A stretch of DNA of 64,000 nt from Octopus bimaculoides (lineage: Eukaryota), in the NCBI RefSeq assembly GCF_001194135.2, contig NC_069006.1:9478326-9542325 (forward strand), written 5' to 3'. The notes under the pieces are model-generated. The model ran no database searches. It had not been told where the DNA came from and saw only the letters and a program-made list of their open reading frames with translations. A program made the translations under genes and the position numbers. Below, piece after piece: positions 36,301 to 50,700 of this stretch; within the stretch, counting starts at the first letter, position 1; every line of letters starts with the position of its first letter.

Positions 36301-37820
36301 TAGTACTGAAGGAGGAAATTCAATGAGATAACTTTTTCTTGCTATGAAACAACGAAATATCTTTACTTCATACAACCATCTTGATAAAATGAATGAAAAT
36401 ACTAGAAACATTCCTGAAGGAAAACGATCCTATAGGAACATTTTAAGTTGCTATAAAATAGGAGCCGTATTTCCTAATTTTAACCTACCATTTCCAAAAC
36501 GGATAAAAATACTAAATAAAACAGTCCTGAAGGAGAAGATTCCACAGCACCACTTTAACTTGTTATGAAATAGTAGCTAAACTCCCTTAGTTCTTTTGAT
36601 ACTAACCTGTCCAAGATCGCCACTGGATCAATGATACAAACTTCCCATTTCAAACTGATCTAATTTAAAATTCCCTTTCAAAAATTCATGTTAATTTATG
36701 TCCCAAACACCAGCTTCAGAATGACAAAGTTAATTGACTAAATTCTTCGTTATTTTCTAAAGTAATTAATTGAAACAAAGTCAATATACAACAATACAGC
36801 AACAGACACCCAAGTACCGAATGCCAGATTGAAAATTTATTAAACAGATGTTTACTAAACTCTGCTTTAGAGTCATGAAAAAAACCCAGTTAACGTTAAT
36901 GGTCCACGAAGAGGCCAGGAATATAAACCCCCTAAGCAAGAGGTCATGCACTGGTAGCAAAGACACTTTTAGCAACTGGTCCCTGGTTCACTAGTACCAA
37001 GGAGTTGACCCCTGATCTAGAACAATATAAAACAGTACAGACACACATACAGAGTACTGAGTTAGAGGAATGGTAGTGCAGTGGATCAAATACCATACTT
37101 TTTCAATTTGTTCAGTGTTTGCATCTTGCCAGGATCAACCGTCTTTTACATCTTTGACCCTTTTGTTACTGAATTTATTTTGAGATGCTCTGTGTTTCTT
37201 TCAATTACTTTAAATATAACAAAGAATTTATTAAAATAACTTAGTTATCATTAAGCTAGTGTTAGGAACATAAATTGTGACTAAGGTTATGAAAAACTTA
37301 TGAAAACATGACATTTGTACTCGGAGCCAGTTTCAGCTGGGTTGGTAACGAATGGGTTAAAGTTAATCAAATGTAACATTTAGTTATTTATCTCAATTCA
37401 ACTCTCTCTCTCTCTCTCTCTCTCTTGCAAATATTATGTGAAAGAGTGCCAAAGCCACAAATCAATTTGAAATTTCATATGACACACACAAAAGTACATG
37501 GCCTAGTGGTTAGGCTGTTGCACTCCTGATCACGGGTTCAATTCCCAGACCGGGTGGCACATTGTGTTCCTGAGAAAAGCACTTCATTCCACACTGCTCT
37601 GTAATCACTTCAACACCTGACGTATGGCACACATGTGCCATTTGTACAGGTAATGTTAACTTTTATTATTGTTTTACTAGTTTCAGTCATTTGACTGTAG
37701 CCATGCTGGAGCACCAACTTGAAGGGTTGTAGTTGAACAAATTGACCCCAAGACTTATTTACTAAGTCATTATCAGTCTCTTTAGTAAAACTGCCAAGTT
37801 ACGGAGACATAAACACAGCA

Positions 37821-37853
<33 letters not shown>

Positions 37854-38284
37854 TACACACATACACATACACATACAGAATGAGCATCTTCTAGTTCTCA
37901 TCTACGAAGTCCAGTCAAAAGGCTTTGGTCAGTCCAGGGTTACTAGTAGAATAAAATTTCCCAACATGCCACATGGTACTGAACCCAAAACCACATGGTT
38001 TGAAAGCAAATTCCTTAAGCTCACAATAACAAAACAATTATCGCATTCTCATGTTGAAGAATGCCCAAGTAGATTTAATAAGCATTTTCACGTCAACGGC
38101 CTAAGAAGTACAAATGAAATCCTCCATGCTTCCTTCCTAAATCAGTTAAAATGTCAACATCTTTATTACCGAAGTCAAAACAATTGACTTTGAAGTAGAA
38201 TATAAAACAACTTCAAATCTTAAAATGGCACTTGATGACTATGATATTATCACTATTATTATTATTATTATTATTATTATTCCC

Positions 38285-38640
38285 TCCACCTTAGCGAAGG
38301 CAGAGGTGTTGTTTTCCATCATGTGTGTTTGTTTGTCCGTGGACAAGATATCTCAAGAACAGTTGGATGGATTCGGATGAAACTTTCAGGGATATTTGGC
38401 CTCATGACTGGCACAAACTGATTAGATTTTAGGATCGATCCAGTACTGGACAAGGATTCTGGATTATTTTTCTGTCTTTTTTCACTTAATTTTTTAGAGC
38501 AGTCGGGTTCATTTTGAGTATTCTCATTTGTGAGAGCAGTCAAGTTTATTTCAGATATTCTCATTTTAAAAATCATCTCTGGCTAATCATTGAGAGGACG
38601 TTGGTGTTGCCTTGGCAGAGGTTTGCGCTCTCTGAGAGAT
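38285..38640. mobile_element. Non-autonomous DINE-1/Helentron-like element (superfamily uncertain)
   Basis: ccacc.tagcgaaggcagagg start, gtttgtttgtccgt microsatellite, gatgaaactt motif and ccttggcagaggtttgcgctctctgag end. Confidence 0.45.
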
Positions 38641-38979
38641 CTTGTTGTTATTGTTATTAGGTTGGCATAACTTCAGAGTAGCAACTCTTTTTCCACATCA
38701 TCAACTAAGATTTAATTTTATTTTTCGTTTCATGTGAAGACACTTATGTATTCGGGAAAAGATAATTTTACCCACCCAACCACATGGTTCTAGGTTCATG
38801 CATACCAATGTAACATGTTGGGCAAGTGTCTTCTGTGATAGACCCAGGTTGACCATAACCTTGTGAGTGGATTTGGTACAAGGAAACTAAAGAAGCTCGT
38901 CATATAAATCTATGTGTGAGTGTGAGAGAGCGTGTGTATGAGAGAGAAAGAGAGTGTGAGTGAGAGAGAGAGAGAGAGT

Positions 38980-39080
38980 GAGAGTGAGAGTGAGAGAAAG
39001 AGTGTGAGAGAGGAAGAGTGTGAGAGAGGAAGAGTGTGAGAGAGGAAGAGTGTGAGAGTGAGTGAGAGAGAGGAAGAGAG
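38980..39080. repeat. (GAGAGGAAGAGTGT)n minisatellite
   Basis: 14-bp unit repeated about four times within a GA/GT tract. Confidence 0.8.
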
Positions 39081-39756
39081 TGTGTGTTTATGTGTTTACA
39101 CCTCCATAATTTCGTGGTTTGGCAAAAGATACTGAGAGAATAAATACCAAGCTAAAAACATAAGTACTGGCATCAATTCATTTGACTAAAAATTCTTCAA
39201 GGCAGTGCTCCAGCATGGCTGCAGTCGAAAGACTAAACCAACTAAAAGAGTATCTCCCCCACCCCCCGCTTTTGTTTTTAACCAGCCTATAAGACAACTC
39301 CGAGTTCTACAGTACAAACTACTTTTAGCGCTTTAAGCTTTTAAAGCAGCCATATCAGGCCCAAATATTCCACCCGTCTAATTTTCAAACTGGCCAGATC
39401 AGGCCTCTCACACCTACCCTGAAATTTCATTCTAAAAATAATCAGTCGCCACATGAAAATTTTGAAGCCATGAGGTAATGCATGATTAATTCAAAACAGA
39501 ACTTTAGGATGAGGAATGGAATGAATCTAACGACATTAACAAGATAATTATCCAGCAGCTACTCCATACAGAATATCAGATCGCATTTCCATACCTTTAC
39601 AACATTCCTTTTCAGGTGCGCCTCTCCTGGTGGGTATAATTTCTCTTCTCCCATTTTCTATGTCTGTCGTCAGTTGGTTTGTCAGTGTGTTATACATGTA
39701 TATAGATGTGTGCGTATACAAATATGAAATGGTAAATAAACGTGCATGCATATATA

Positions 39757-39790
<34 letters not shown>

Positions 39791-42359
39791 CATATATATA
39801 TGTATGTATGTATCATCAACATTTAACGTCTGTTGTCCATGCTGGCATGGGTTGGGCAGTTTGACCAGGGCTGGCAAAATGGAAGGCTGCACCAGACTCC
39901 AGTCTGATTTGGCATGGTTTCTATGGCTGGATGCCCTTCCTAATGCCAACCACTTCGAGAGTATAATGGGTACTTTTATGTGCCACCAGCACAGGTGCTC
40001 TTTGCGTGACACCCGTATCTGCCATGACTGTGATTTTACTAGACTTGATGGGTCTTCTTCTCAAGCACAACATTGCCAAAGGTCTCAGTCATTGCCCCCG
40101 TGAGGCCCAACACATTAAAGGAACTCAGCTAAGGCCAATCAATCATGATCATCATAATCGTTTAACGTCTGTTTTCCGTGCTGGCATGTAAAAATTGCCC
40201 ATTACATTCTTGGAGTGGTTGGCATTAGGAAGGGCATCCAGCTGTAGAAACAACGACAAATCAGATTGGTGCAGCTCCCCAGCTTACCAGTTTCAGTCAA
40301 ACCATCCAACCCATGCCAGCATGGAAAGCAGACGCTAAATGATGATGACAAATATAAATAAATAAGCATCACCTTTGACAGCGTGGTGGAAGGTTTTAAT
40401 TTATGTTCCAAACACCAGCTTAATAGCAATAAAGCTAATGTTATTAAACTCTTATTATTTTCAAAATTAACTGAAACAAAGGTATTTCAACAGAAATATG
40501 GTAATAAAATGGTTAATATGAACTTATCTTCCCCCATCATTGTGACTTTGCTTAAAAAATACTAAAATGTGCAATTCAGATGCGACCACTTAGCCTGAGC
40601 TGCTTGCAACTCTGATATACTAGTATCAAATAATTTTCAGTGTTTAACCCTTTCCATTACATTTCTATTGAAACACCTTCATTTCAATTATTTTGAAAAT
40701 ATTGTTGGGAAAAAAAAAAAAAAAAGACCCCTATTCAGTCATAAATGGTCATGGGATTGCACCTAAAAAGTTCACATCCGAGGCACAAGACTGGGCAAGG
40801 TTGTTTATAGAAGACCAACAAACACCCATGCATACCAGCCTCCCCACTCCATGCCACCAATGGGAAAGGCAAAGGGGCTGATACAGTTTGGCACCAGAGA
40901 CATTGCAAATCATTTCTACAACTGAGTGAACTGGAGCAATGTGAAACAAAGTGTCTTGCTCAAGAACATAACACACAGCCCAGTCCAGGAATTGAACCCA
41001 TTACCTTATGATTGAGAGCCTGACACTGTAACCACTGAACCATGCGCCTTCACATGAAAATAACAAAGAATTTAGTAAAATAGTTGTCATTTTTAAACTG
41101 GTTCTTTGGAAAAGAAATTAATATGAAATTTTGATTAAAATCTTAAATTTAGATTATTTTAAAACAGTTTTGTATCATAGAACAAGGAGCAGCCATGGGT
41201 GGGTGGGTTGGTATCAAAAGGGTTTTTAAAAAATCAAAAAAAAAAAAAATCAGTCCATTATTTTATGCATGCCATTCATCATAATCATTCAATGTCTGCT
41301 TTATCTGCTGGAATGGGTAGGGCAGTTAGACAGGATCCAACAAGTTCAGAAACTGCTTCAAGCCCCAATGTCAGCTTTGGCAGAGTTTTCTACACTGAAT
41401 CACTAGATTGCAGCTAAACTAAGGCAACAGCTTAGGTTTAGCCAAACAAATCAACCTCCAGTACACACACATACAAAAGGCTTCTACACAGTTTCTGTCT
41501 ACTAAATTAACTCACAAGACATTGATCTACCCAGAGCTATAGTAGAAGGAAAACACTTGCGCAAGGTACCACACAGTGGGACTGAACCTGAAACCATATG
41601 GGTGCAAAGCAGGTTCTTAACTACACAGCTATGGCTGCATATGGACACACATTATTGGCAAACGATGATGAAGGAAGGGCAAACGACTGGAAGAGTATCT
41701 GGCCATAGAAAATCTGCACAGACACACTCGGTCCAACCTATGCAAACATGAGGAAAATGGACATTAGAATAATACTGATGCTCTGCAGTTGGATGGATAT
41801 CCACTACTTGTATGTTTTGTAAAAACTTGTAAAAAAAAAATGCCTGTCAAAACATAAGAACTTTCCCCTCATCATGTTACGAGTATATTTAATGTGTAAG
41901 ACGTACAAGAATGAAGGTAACCGAGTGGTACAAACACAGATACTGAAAATATCTCAAAACACAATAATTGTAAACAAAGAGACACCTGAATGTAAGTGTA
42001 CGCATGCACACGGCTAAAAGGCATATATGTGCACACATGGCTAAAAGCAGTATGTGCACACATGGCTAAAAGGCACGTATGTGCACACAGCTACAAAGCA
42101 TGTATGTGCACATGACATGACTACACGGCATGTACGCGTGCACACGGTGACATGTACATGTGCACAAGACATGACTACATGGTGTGCACACGTCCAAACA
42201 ACTACAAGGCGTGTATGCGTGCATCCATCACAACATGGCATGTATGTGTACACACATCAACACTACAAGGCATGTATGCATGCATGTACATGAACAAAAC
42301 TATAACGCAAGTGCACAATGAAAATGATGACCAGAGAGGGCAGACAGATCTTACATATA

Positions 42360-42747
42360 TAGGTGCAGGAGTGGCAGTGTGGTAAGTAGCTTGCTTACCA
42401 ACCACATGGTCCTGGGTTCAGTCCCACTGCGTGGCAGCTGGGGGCAAGTGTCTTCTACTGTAGCCTCGGGCCGACCAAAGCCTTGAGTAGATTTGGTAGA
42501 TGAAAACTGGAAGAAGCCCGTCGTATATGTATGTATGTTTGTGTGTCTGTTTGTCTCCCCCCCCCCAGCCTCACTTGACAACTGATGCTGGTGTGTTTAG
42601 GTCCCCGTAACTTAGCGGTTCGGCAAAAGAGACCAATAGAATAAGTACTCTGCTTACAAAGAAGAAGCTCTGGGGTTGATTTGCTCGACTATAAAGGCGG
42701 TGCTCCAGCATGGCCGCAGTCAAATGACTGAAACAAGTAAAAGAGTA
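42360..42747 (+). mobile_element. Full-length, relatively young OR-like SINE
   Basis: Near-consensus head, core and tail, with many CpGs retained. Confidence 0.85.
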
Positions 42748-43098
42748 TATATATATATATACATGTATCCACATAACCACACATGTGCACACAATGACAA
42801 CTATAATGCATGTGTGTGCACACAGAAAGAACGACAACCTGACCACACAGGCATTACATCTATGTGTATGCATGTATATCAACAGGACAGCTATACACTT
42901 ATCTATAAAAACATACGAGTGGTGGATATCCATCCATACACCATTATAGGGTTGATGTATAAATTATATGGTAGACAGGCAGAGACAACCACAGACAGAC
43001 AAATAGACAGATTCAGTCTTATGACTACCAAAGAATCAGATGAGTGACGAGAGAGGGAGACAGAGAGAGAGGGAGAGAGAGAGAGAGAAAGAGAGAGA

Positions 43099-43138
<40 letters not shown>

Positions 43139-43272
43139 ACAGAAAAAAATCATTCCAGTTTTCTTTTTCTTTAAATTAAAAATAAGAAAAAAGAAAAGAA
43201 ATAAGTGTCATGTGGAAGCAGAACTTAAACCAGNNNNNNNNNNAACTGGATGAAAAAGTCAAAACCTGCCAG

Positions 43273-43363
<91 letters not shown>

Positions 43364-43438
43364 CATATATACACACACACACACACTCATTCACATATAC
43401 ACACATAATTGGCCAGAGAGGGATGAGTATCAAGAGAA

Positions 43439-43478
<40 letters not shown>

Positions 43479-44639
43479 TAGATAGAGATAGATAGCTAGA
43501 TGTGTATAAAGTTGGCCACATGATGTGAGTGGTGATTCTCTAGTGTTGTTGCATGGATGTGAAATCAATGCAAACCGCTGCTGCTACTGCTCTTCAGCAC
43601 ATTCAGTGTTGCTGTTGTGCACTCGATCACAGACCGTTGTCTGCTGGTTCTACTTCCCAAAGAATATGGTGATGTCACTTATACCAATACACACACACAC
43701 AATTTAGATATATTCTATCATCCTAGTTTGGTAACATGTTGCTTGAAAGTTGAGAAAAAGACAAGTGTGTGTATGTATGTATGTATGTATGTATGTATAC
43801 TCTTACTCTCTCTTTTACTTGTTTCAATCTGTGGCACCGCCTTTAGTCGAGCAAATCAACCCCACGACTTATTCTTTGTAAGCCTAGTACTTATTCTATC
43901 GGTCTCTTTTGCCGAACCGATAAGTTACGGGGACGTAAACACACCAGCATCAATTGTCNNNNNNNNNNNNNNNNNNNNNNNNNNNNNNNNNNNNNNNNNN
44001 NNNNNNNNNNNNNNNNNNNNNNNNNNNNNNNNNNNNNNNNNNNNNNNNNNNNNNNNNNNNNNNNNNNNNNNNNNNNNNNNNNNNNNNNNNNNNNNNNNNN
44101 NNNNNNNNNNNNNNNNNNNNNNNNNNNNNNNNNNNNNNNNNNNNNNNNNNNNNNNNNNNNNNNNNNNNNNNNNNNNNNNNNNNNNNNNNNNNNNNNNNNN
44201 NNNNNNNNNNNNNNNNNNNNNNNNNNNNNNNNNNNNNNNNNNNNNNNNNNNNNNNNNNNNNNNNNNNNNNNNNNNNNNNNTATATATATATACATACATA
44301 CATACATACATATATACAATGGGCTTCTTTCAGTTTCCATCTACCAAATCCACTCACAAGGCTTTGGTCGGCCCGAAGCTATAGTAGAAGGCACTTGCCC
44401 AAGGTGCCACGCAGTGGGACTGAACCCGGATCCATGTGGTTGGTAAGCAAGCTACTCACTACACAGAAACACACACACACACACACACATATGTATGTCA
44501 CAGACGCTAAATGATGATATGTACATTCATATATATTTATACACACATGTATCTGTATTTCTGTCCACAGAGAAGGGGAAAAAAATCATTTAATAATTGC
44601 CATAATACAAAATGCAGCCATAACACACACACACACACC

Positions 44640-44682
<43 letters not shown>

Positions 44683-47600
44683 GCTGCTCAACCTGCTAGA
44701 AATGCCAACAAAGTCACACTTTATCATCTTAAATAAAGGACATTAGATATGGCAGTCACTGATATCACACACACAAACTTTGAAGTGCAATAAATGGATT
44801 CATAGAATCATGTGGGAATCACAGAAAGCTCCTCTTGTAGACCCGGCTAGCAGACCACATAGTAATCCAATATGCAGGAGTATATAAACCGTAAAATGTC
44901 AGGAGGTATGTGAAGTGAATATATTTATTTAACCACTTGATATATTCACCCCTCTTACTCCTGACTTTTTATGGTATGTGAGTGTGTATCTGTTTAGTGT
45001 TAACAGTTGGGGATGGGGGAACACTCGATGCTACTTTCATTTAAGTTGAGTCAGTTTCCTGTCCTACTGCACAGTTTCAACCAACACAACCCGTCTTAAC
45101 TGTTTAATTATCTTAATTGCTATCCGGATATCTCTATGATTAGCTCAGTAGATTACCTCACAAGTCAGTAGGGGTTTTTCTTTATTATTATAGTAAACAT
45201 GATTTGTGTGGAGCCAGTGCCACTCTCTGTTCCTTCAAACTTGTACTGGTCTGATACAAGTGCCACGGGCCCAGTATTATATCAGGGTACAGATTTTGTA
45301 TGGAGTTACCATCTCTTAAATGAAAAGCTAGAGAGCTGAAGGGCTCTGTCTGTCCTGGGTCCATTGTGGGTGCTTATGAGGGACTTCCTCCCAAAGGCAA
45401 TTTAACAATACTCCTAGTGATTATGACACTAAGGTAGATAGACTGAGTCCTTGAGAACTGAAGGTCTTGACTAAGAGAACAATGAAGTGTAATTAAAAAA
45501 CCACCAAAGCCCCAGTCTTTCAACTGGTACCCAACACTGTTCACTGTCGTCTGCAATAATCGTCAACATCCAGAACACTCACTTTTACAGCACGAGAACC
45601 GGGTATATTTAATTCAGTACCCATGCACTTTGGACATGGGAACAGAGTAAACTCATCATCATCATTTAACGCTTTAGCATTTAATCCAGCCAATATATTC
45701 TCCCTGTTTTATATTAAAACTGACCAGATCCAATCTCTCAATCTCTCACACCTACTCTACAATGTCATTCTAAAAATATACCAACACAATCGAAATCTTG
45801 AAGCTACAAGACAATGCAGGATTAATTCTGAACAATGTGAATGTAAAAGATACATATTCAACAAAGAAATCTGAGTGCTAAAGGGTTAATGTCCATTTTC
45901 CATTTAATGTCTGTTTAATGCATTAGATTTTCTTTTCTCTTTTCTGAATATACACAACTAAAATGCCTGTGCATCCTTTATGCCATCAAATAAGGTATAT
46001 CATCAACATCATCATTTAACATCTATTTTCCATGCTTGCATGGGTTGGGTGGTTTTGGCAGGAGCTGGCAAAACCAAGAGCTGCACCAGATTCCATTGTC
46101 TGTTTTGGTGTGGTTTCTATGGATGGAAGCCTGTCCTAATGCCAACCACTTTACAGAGTGTACTGGGTGCTTTTTACATGGCACCAGCAGCAGTGCTTCC
46201 TGGAATTCTCCTCATTACATAACAAAGTACACACATTTTATTTTTGCTTGCCAGCAGAGGTTGTGAGAACAGATTTGAACATGATTAAACCCTTTAGCAT
46301 TCAGATTGTTCTATCAAATGTAACCCTTATTCTCATTGTTTTGAATTAATCATGCATTCTCTTGTATCTTTCAGATTTTGATGAAGTGATTAAAGTTTTT
46401 AGAATAAAATTATAGGGTAGATGGCAGAAGCCAGATCTAGCCAGTTTAAGCCAGGGCTGTGGAGTCAAAACAAAAAACTGACTCCTCTTTGTGTAATTAA
46501 GTGATTGTGGTCTACATATCTCATAAAGCATACACTTGTACTTTGAGTAAGCCTATATGTTATATTTGGTTTATATTAAAGAATAAGGATGTTGTGAGTC
46601 GAAGTTGGAATAGTTTTACCGACTCCAGCTACCCCTTAATTGTTTCCCACTCTGACTCCACAGCCCTGGCTTACACATCATCATCATCATCATCCAGCAT
46701 TTTAAATTCAGGTTTTGTGCCCATTAACGGGGGTGGCTGGATCTACCTCAATGCCATAGCAACTGCCCTCGCACCATCTTGCCAGGTTTTGGGTGTCCTC
46801 ATAAGATAGGTAAACTATTTTGGTCGGATATGGCTCGTTTGAATGCTAAAGAGTTAACGTGTTACATCACCAACAGAAACTTAATCAGCCTTGTGAGGGT
46901 TAAAAGAGCTGGATTTTACTCAATAGCTTGTACTGCATCAGATCGAATGAAACATCGAGTCTGGAGAGTTGCTGTCACAATACTGCCTCAAGGACAAACA
47001 GACACACTAAATAATAAACAAAAGGTTAATAACTGTGACAGGGACACCAGAAGATTTGACAAATATTTACATAAACATTAACAAAATCAAAGGAAATGAA
47101 TTCTTGTCATACGACACAGAAAATGTATAGTGAGGATTAGTCACAACTGTACAGAAAGGAAGGGAACAAGTTCAATTTCAGCTGAAAACTAAGATTCATT
47201 TAGACAATAATTAACTGGACTGGAGAGATAAAGTTTATAGGAGGAAAGAATACAAAGCTTAACGAGACAAATGTGCATGTAGCCTCCAACCCTTATCAGC
47301 AAAGAAATCAGAAATAAAATGGTTATGAGAGTGTGTGTGTATGCACACGTGTGTGCATGAGCCAGTTAGGTCCATTGAGGTAAATCTTCTATGGCCAGAT
47401 GCCTTTCCTGTTTCCAAGTGGGGTCACATTTCCACTTTCCCAGGCATAGAGAAATATTACCTTGCTTGGATACAGGTAAGACATGATGCCAGGTAACACT
47501 TCCAGCTTTAGAAAATCTGCTTCAACAAATTCTGCCTCACCCATACAAGCAAGAAAAAGTGAACATTAAATGATGAGGATACAATGATCTTTCAGTTTTT

Positions 47601-48084
47601 GTCACTCAAAGCCTTTTTCAACCCAAAGCTATCGTAGAAAACAACTTAAGGTGCTATGCAGTGGGACTGAACCAAAAATTATGTGGCTGGGAAGCAAACT
47701 TCTTAATCACACAGCTAGAATATATAGATTTAGCAATTACTATGAAGGTGTATGGTCTGCCACCTCCAAAAAAGCAGAAGTGGTCCTTCCAATGATGACC
47801 TTCACCACAGTTTATGTCAACCAAATTTCACCAACACAGCTTTGGTTTGCTCTACTGATTAAATGATGTTGATACAATAACCAAAGTACTGCAGAGTGGA
47901 ATAAGAAGCCAAAACCATATATGTGACAAGTAGTGGGACTGAACCTGAAACCATGTGGCTGGGATGCAAGCTTCTTAACCACACAGCCAAGCCTTAAGAA
48001 ATGATAAAAAAAAAAAGAAAACAATTTACAGTAAGTTCAAACTGACCAATGCCTTGTCAATGGAGTTGGTAGATGGAAACTGTA

Positions 48085-48904
48085 TACGAGGTCTGATCAA
48101 TGAGTACCCGGACTGTTGCTATAGTAATGAAGCTAAAGCACTCAGAGTGAAGCTGCTTGGCACAGATTGATCTTGAACTCTGCTGTGCATATGCACTAAC
48201 AGTTAATGTTCTGGTTCACATCTGCTGTTTACAGCAGTGCTTGGAAAGAACATGTGTAGCGTGTGGTTGTCGCATTGACTAGGACAGAGAAAGTTGTTAT
48301 GGCGATACCAAGGCCTATGCAAAATTGCCCGCACACAAGTGTACAACTGGTTCAGACATTTCCAGGATGGCTGAAAAATTGTCGATAACGACACACATTC
48401 TGGGAGACCCCGCAACCAGCAGAACTGAGATGTGCATGGAGTTGTGAGGGGAAATCATCGAATCACCATCCACGAGTTATCAGAGGATGTGCAGATTAGT
48501 TACGGTTCAGTTCAGTCCATTATCACTGAAGATTTGGGTATGAGATGCATGTCTGCCAAGTTTGTGCCAAAAGTGCTTTCAGTTGCACGAGATCTCCTTG
48601 ATTGTCAAGAACAATGATAACCTCTTGAAAACTTTGCACAGGCTTCTGAACAGGTATTGTCAAGCTTTTGGCAAAATTTGATGCAGATTCACTACTCAAC
48701 TTTCTATCATGGTCAATGCAACAATCACATGCTACACATGTTCCTTCCAAGCACTGCTGTAAACAGCAGATGTGAGCTAGAACATTAAAACAGAGCGCAT
48801 GCACAGCAGAGTTCAAGGTCAATCTGTGTCAAGCAGCTTTACTCTCCATGCTTTAGCTTCGTTACTATGACAACAACCCAGATACTTATTGATCAGACCA
48901 CATA
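48085..48904 (+). mobile_element. Internally deleted mariner element with inverted repeats of about 200 bp
   Basis: Ends tacgaggtctgatcaatgagtac / gatacttattgatcagaccacata. Interior encodes NHRITIHELSEDVQISYGSVQSIITEDLGMRCMSAKFVPKVLS (HTH plus WVPHEL-like linker). Confidence 0.8.
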
Positions 48905-49479
48905 TAATGTATGAACATTCTTTTATTTGTGTGTAAATATATTTTTATATTGCAATAGTCTACAAAAAAAAAAAAAAAGTTAAATTTGCCAGGTTTCATT
49001 TAACTGGAGTTGATGAACCAGGGAGCCGCACCAGTTCCAGTCTGATTTGGCATGGTTTCTATACAGCTGCATGCCCTTCCTAACAACTGTAGAAACCATG
49101 CCAAATCAGACTGGAACCTGGTTCAGCGCTTTAGCTCATCACCCCATTCAAACTGTCTAACCCATGCAAGCATGGAGAGCAGACATTGTACAATGATGAT
49201 GATGATGATGATGATGTGTGGACTGGGTTTCCTACTGACAAGCCTCGGATGTTAAAATGCTTAAATATTATTTATAGTATGCAGTTGGTCCAGTTCTTTG
49301 GAGTTGGAGCTACATTTGATACAAACAGATTGGTTACTTGTTTCTCTGGAATTGGTCAAGTGTGTTTATTTATCTGTGATGAAAACCCAATAAAAAGGTT
49401 GAAAATTGATTTCAAGGCAGTCCATTTTTTCATTGTACAAAGAAATATGTAAAAATGACATCTTTGTTTGCCAAATTTA

Positions 49480-49510
<31 letters not shown>

Positions 49511-49529
49511 TTGTGTATATTTATCATCA

Positions 49530-50110
49530 TCATCATCATTTACTGTGTGTTGTCCATGCTGGCATAGGTTAGACAGTTTGATCAGGACTGGCAAGCTGGA
49601 AGGCTTAACCAGCATCCAGTCGGTTTTGGCATGGTTTCTATGGCTGAATGCCCTTCCTAATGCCAGCCACTCAGAGTGTAATGGGTGCATTTACATATCA
49701 TCGGGATAGGTGCCATTTGCGTGACACTGGTAATTGTCACAACTGCGGTTTTACTTGGCTTGATGGATCAATGCCAAGTTGTCTTGGTCCTTGCCTCCAC
49801 AAGGCCCAATGCTCGAAAGGTTACGTGCCACTGGCACAGGTGCCATTTGCGTGACTGTCACAACTGCGAATTTACTTGTCTTGATGGGTCTTCTTCACAA
49901 TCCCAACATAGTGCCAAAGGTCTCTGTCATTGCCTCTGTGAGGCCCAACATTCGAAAAGAGCGCAACCACTTTGCCTCCATGAGAAGGAATACTCGAAAG
50001 GTGCCTTTTACATGCCACCAGCACAGGTGTCAGTTACATGACACCAGCATCAGACATGACTGCAATTTCACTTGGCTTGATGGGTCTTCTCAAACACAGC
50101 ATTTGCCAAA
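49530..50110 (-). mobile_element. RTE-tailed SINE with internal tandem modules
   Basis: (cat)n tail (reverse), then repeated gtgccatttgcgtgac...ttgatgggtcttc...gccaaaggtctc modules. Confidence 0.7.
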
Positions 50111-50700
50111 GGTCTCGGTCACTGATCATTGCCTCTGTGAGGGCCAAAGTTCAGAGATCATGCTTCATTACCTCATCCCATGTTTTCCTGGGTCTAATTC
50201 TTCTCGAGCTTCCTGCCACTGTTAGAGATCGGCACTTCTTTACACAACTGTCCTCATCCATATGCATCATATGACCATACCAGCACAGTCATCTCTCTTG
50301 CACACCACATCTGATGTCTCTCATGCCAAACTTTTCTCTCCAAGATGCTTTCACTGTCAAAAATGCACACTGACACTGCACATCCAGGGAAGCATACTGG
50401 CTTCATTTCTTTCAAGCCTATGCATGTCCTCGGCTTTCACTGCCATGGAGCATAGCTGTTTGCCTTTCACTCAGTGAGAAGCCCATTGTTGCCAGCAGAG
50501 GAAGGCGCTCTCTGAACTTTGCTCTGACTATTCTTATTCTTACAGCTATGCTCTCGGAGCATCCACCTCTGCTACTAGCTTGATCACCTAGGTAACAGAA
50601 GCTATCTACTACCTCTAGCTTACTCCAATGACAGTTGATGGAGTCTATTCTCTGCACATTTCCAGTGTTTATTGTTCCTGTGCATCTACCACACACAAAA
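50110..50700 (-). mobile_element. RTE LINE fragment (late RT domain to C-terminus)
   Basis: Encodes KLEVVDSFCYLGDQASSRGGCSESIAVRIRIVRAKFRERLPLL...AMLHGSE; CYLG is characteristic of the RT end in RTE elements. Confidence 0.8.
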
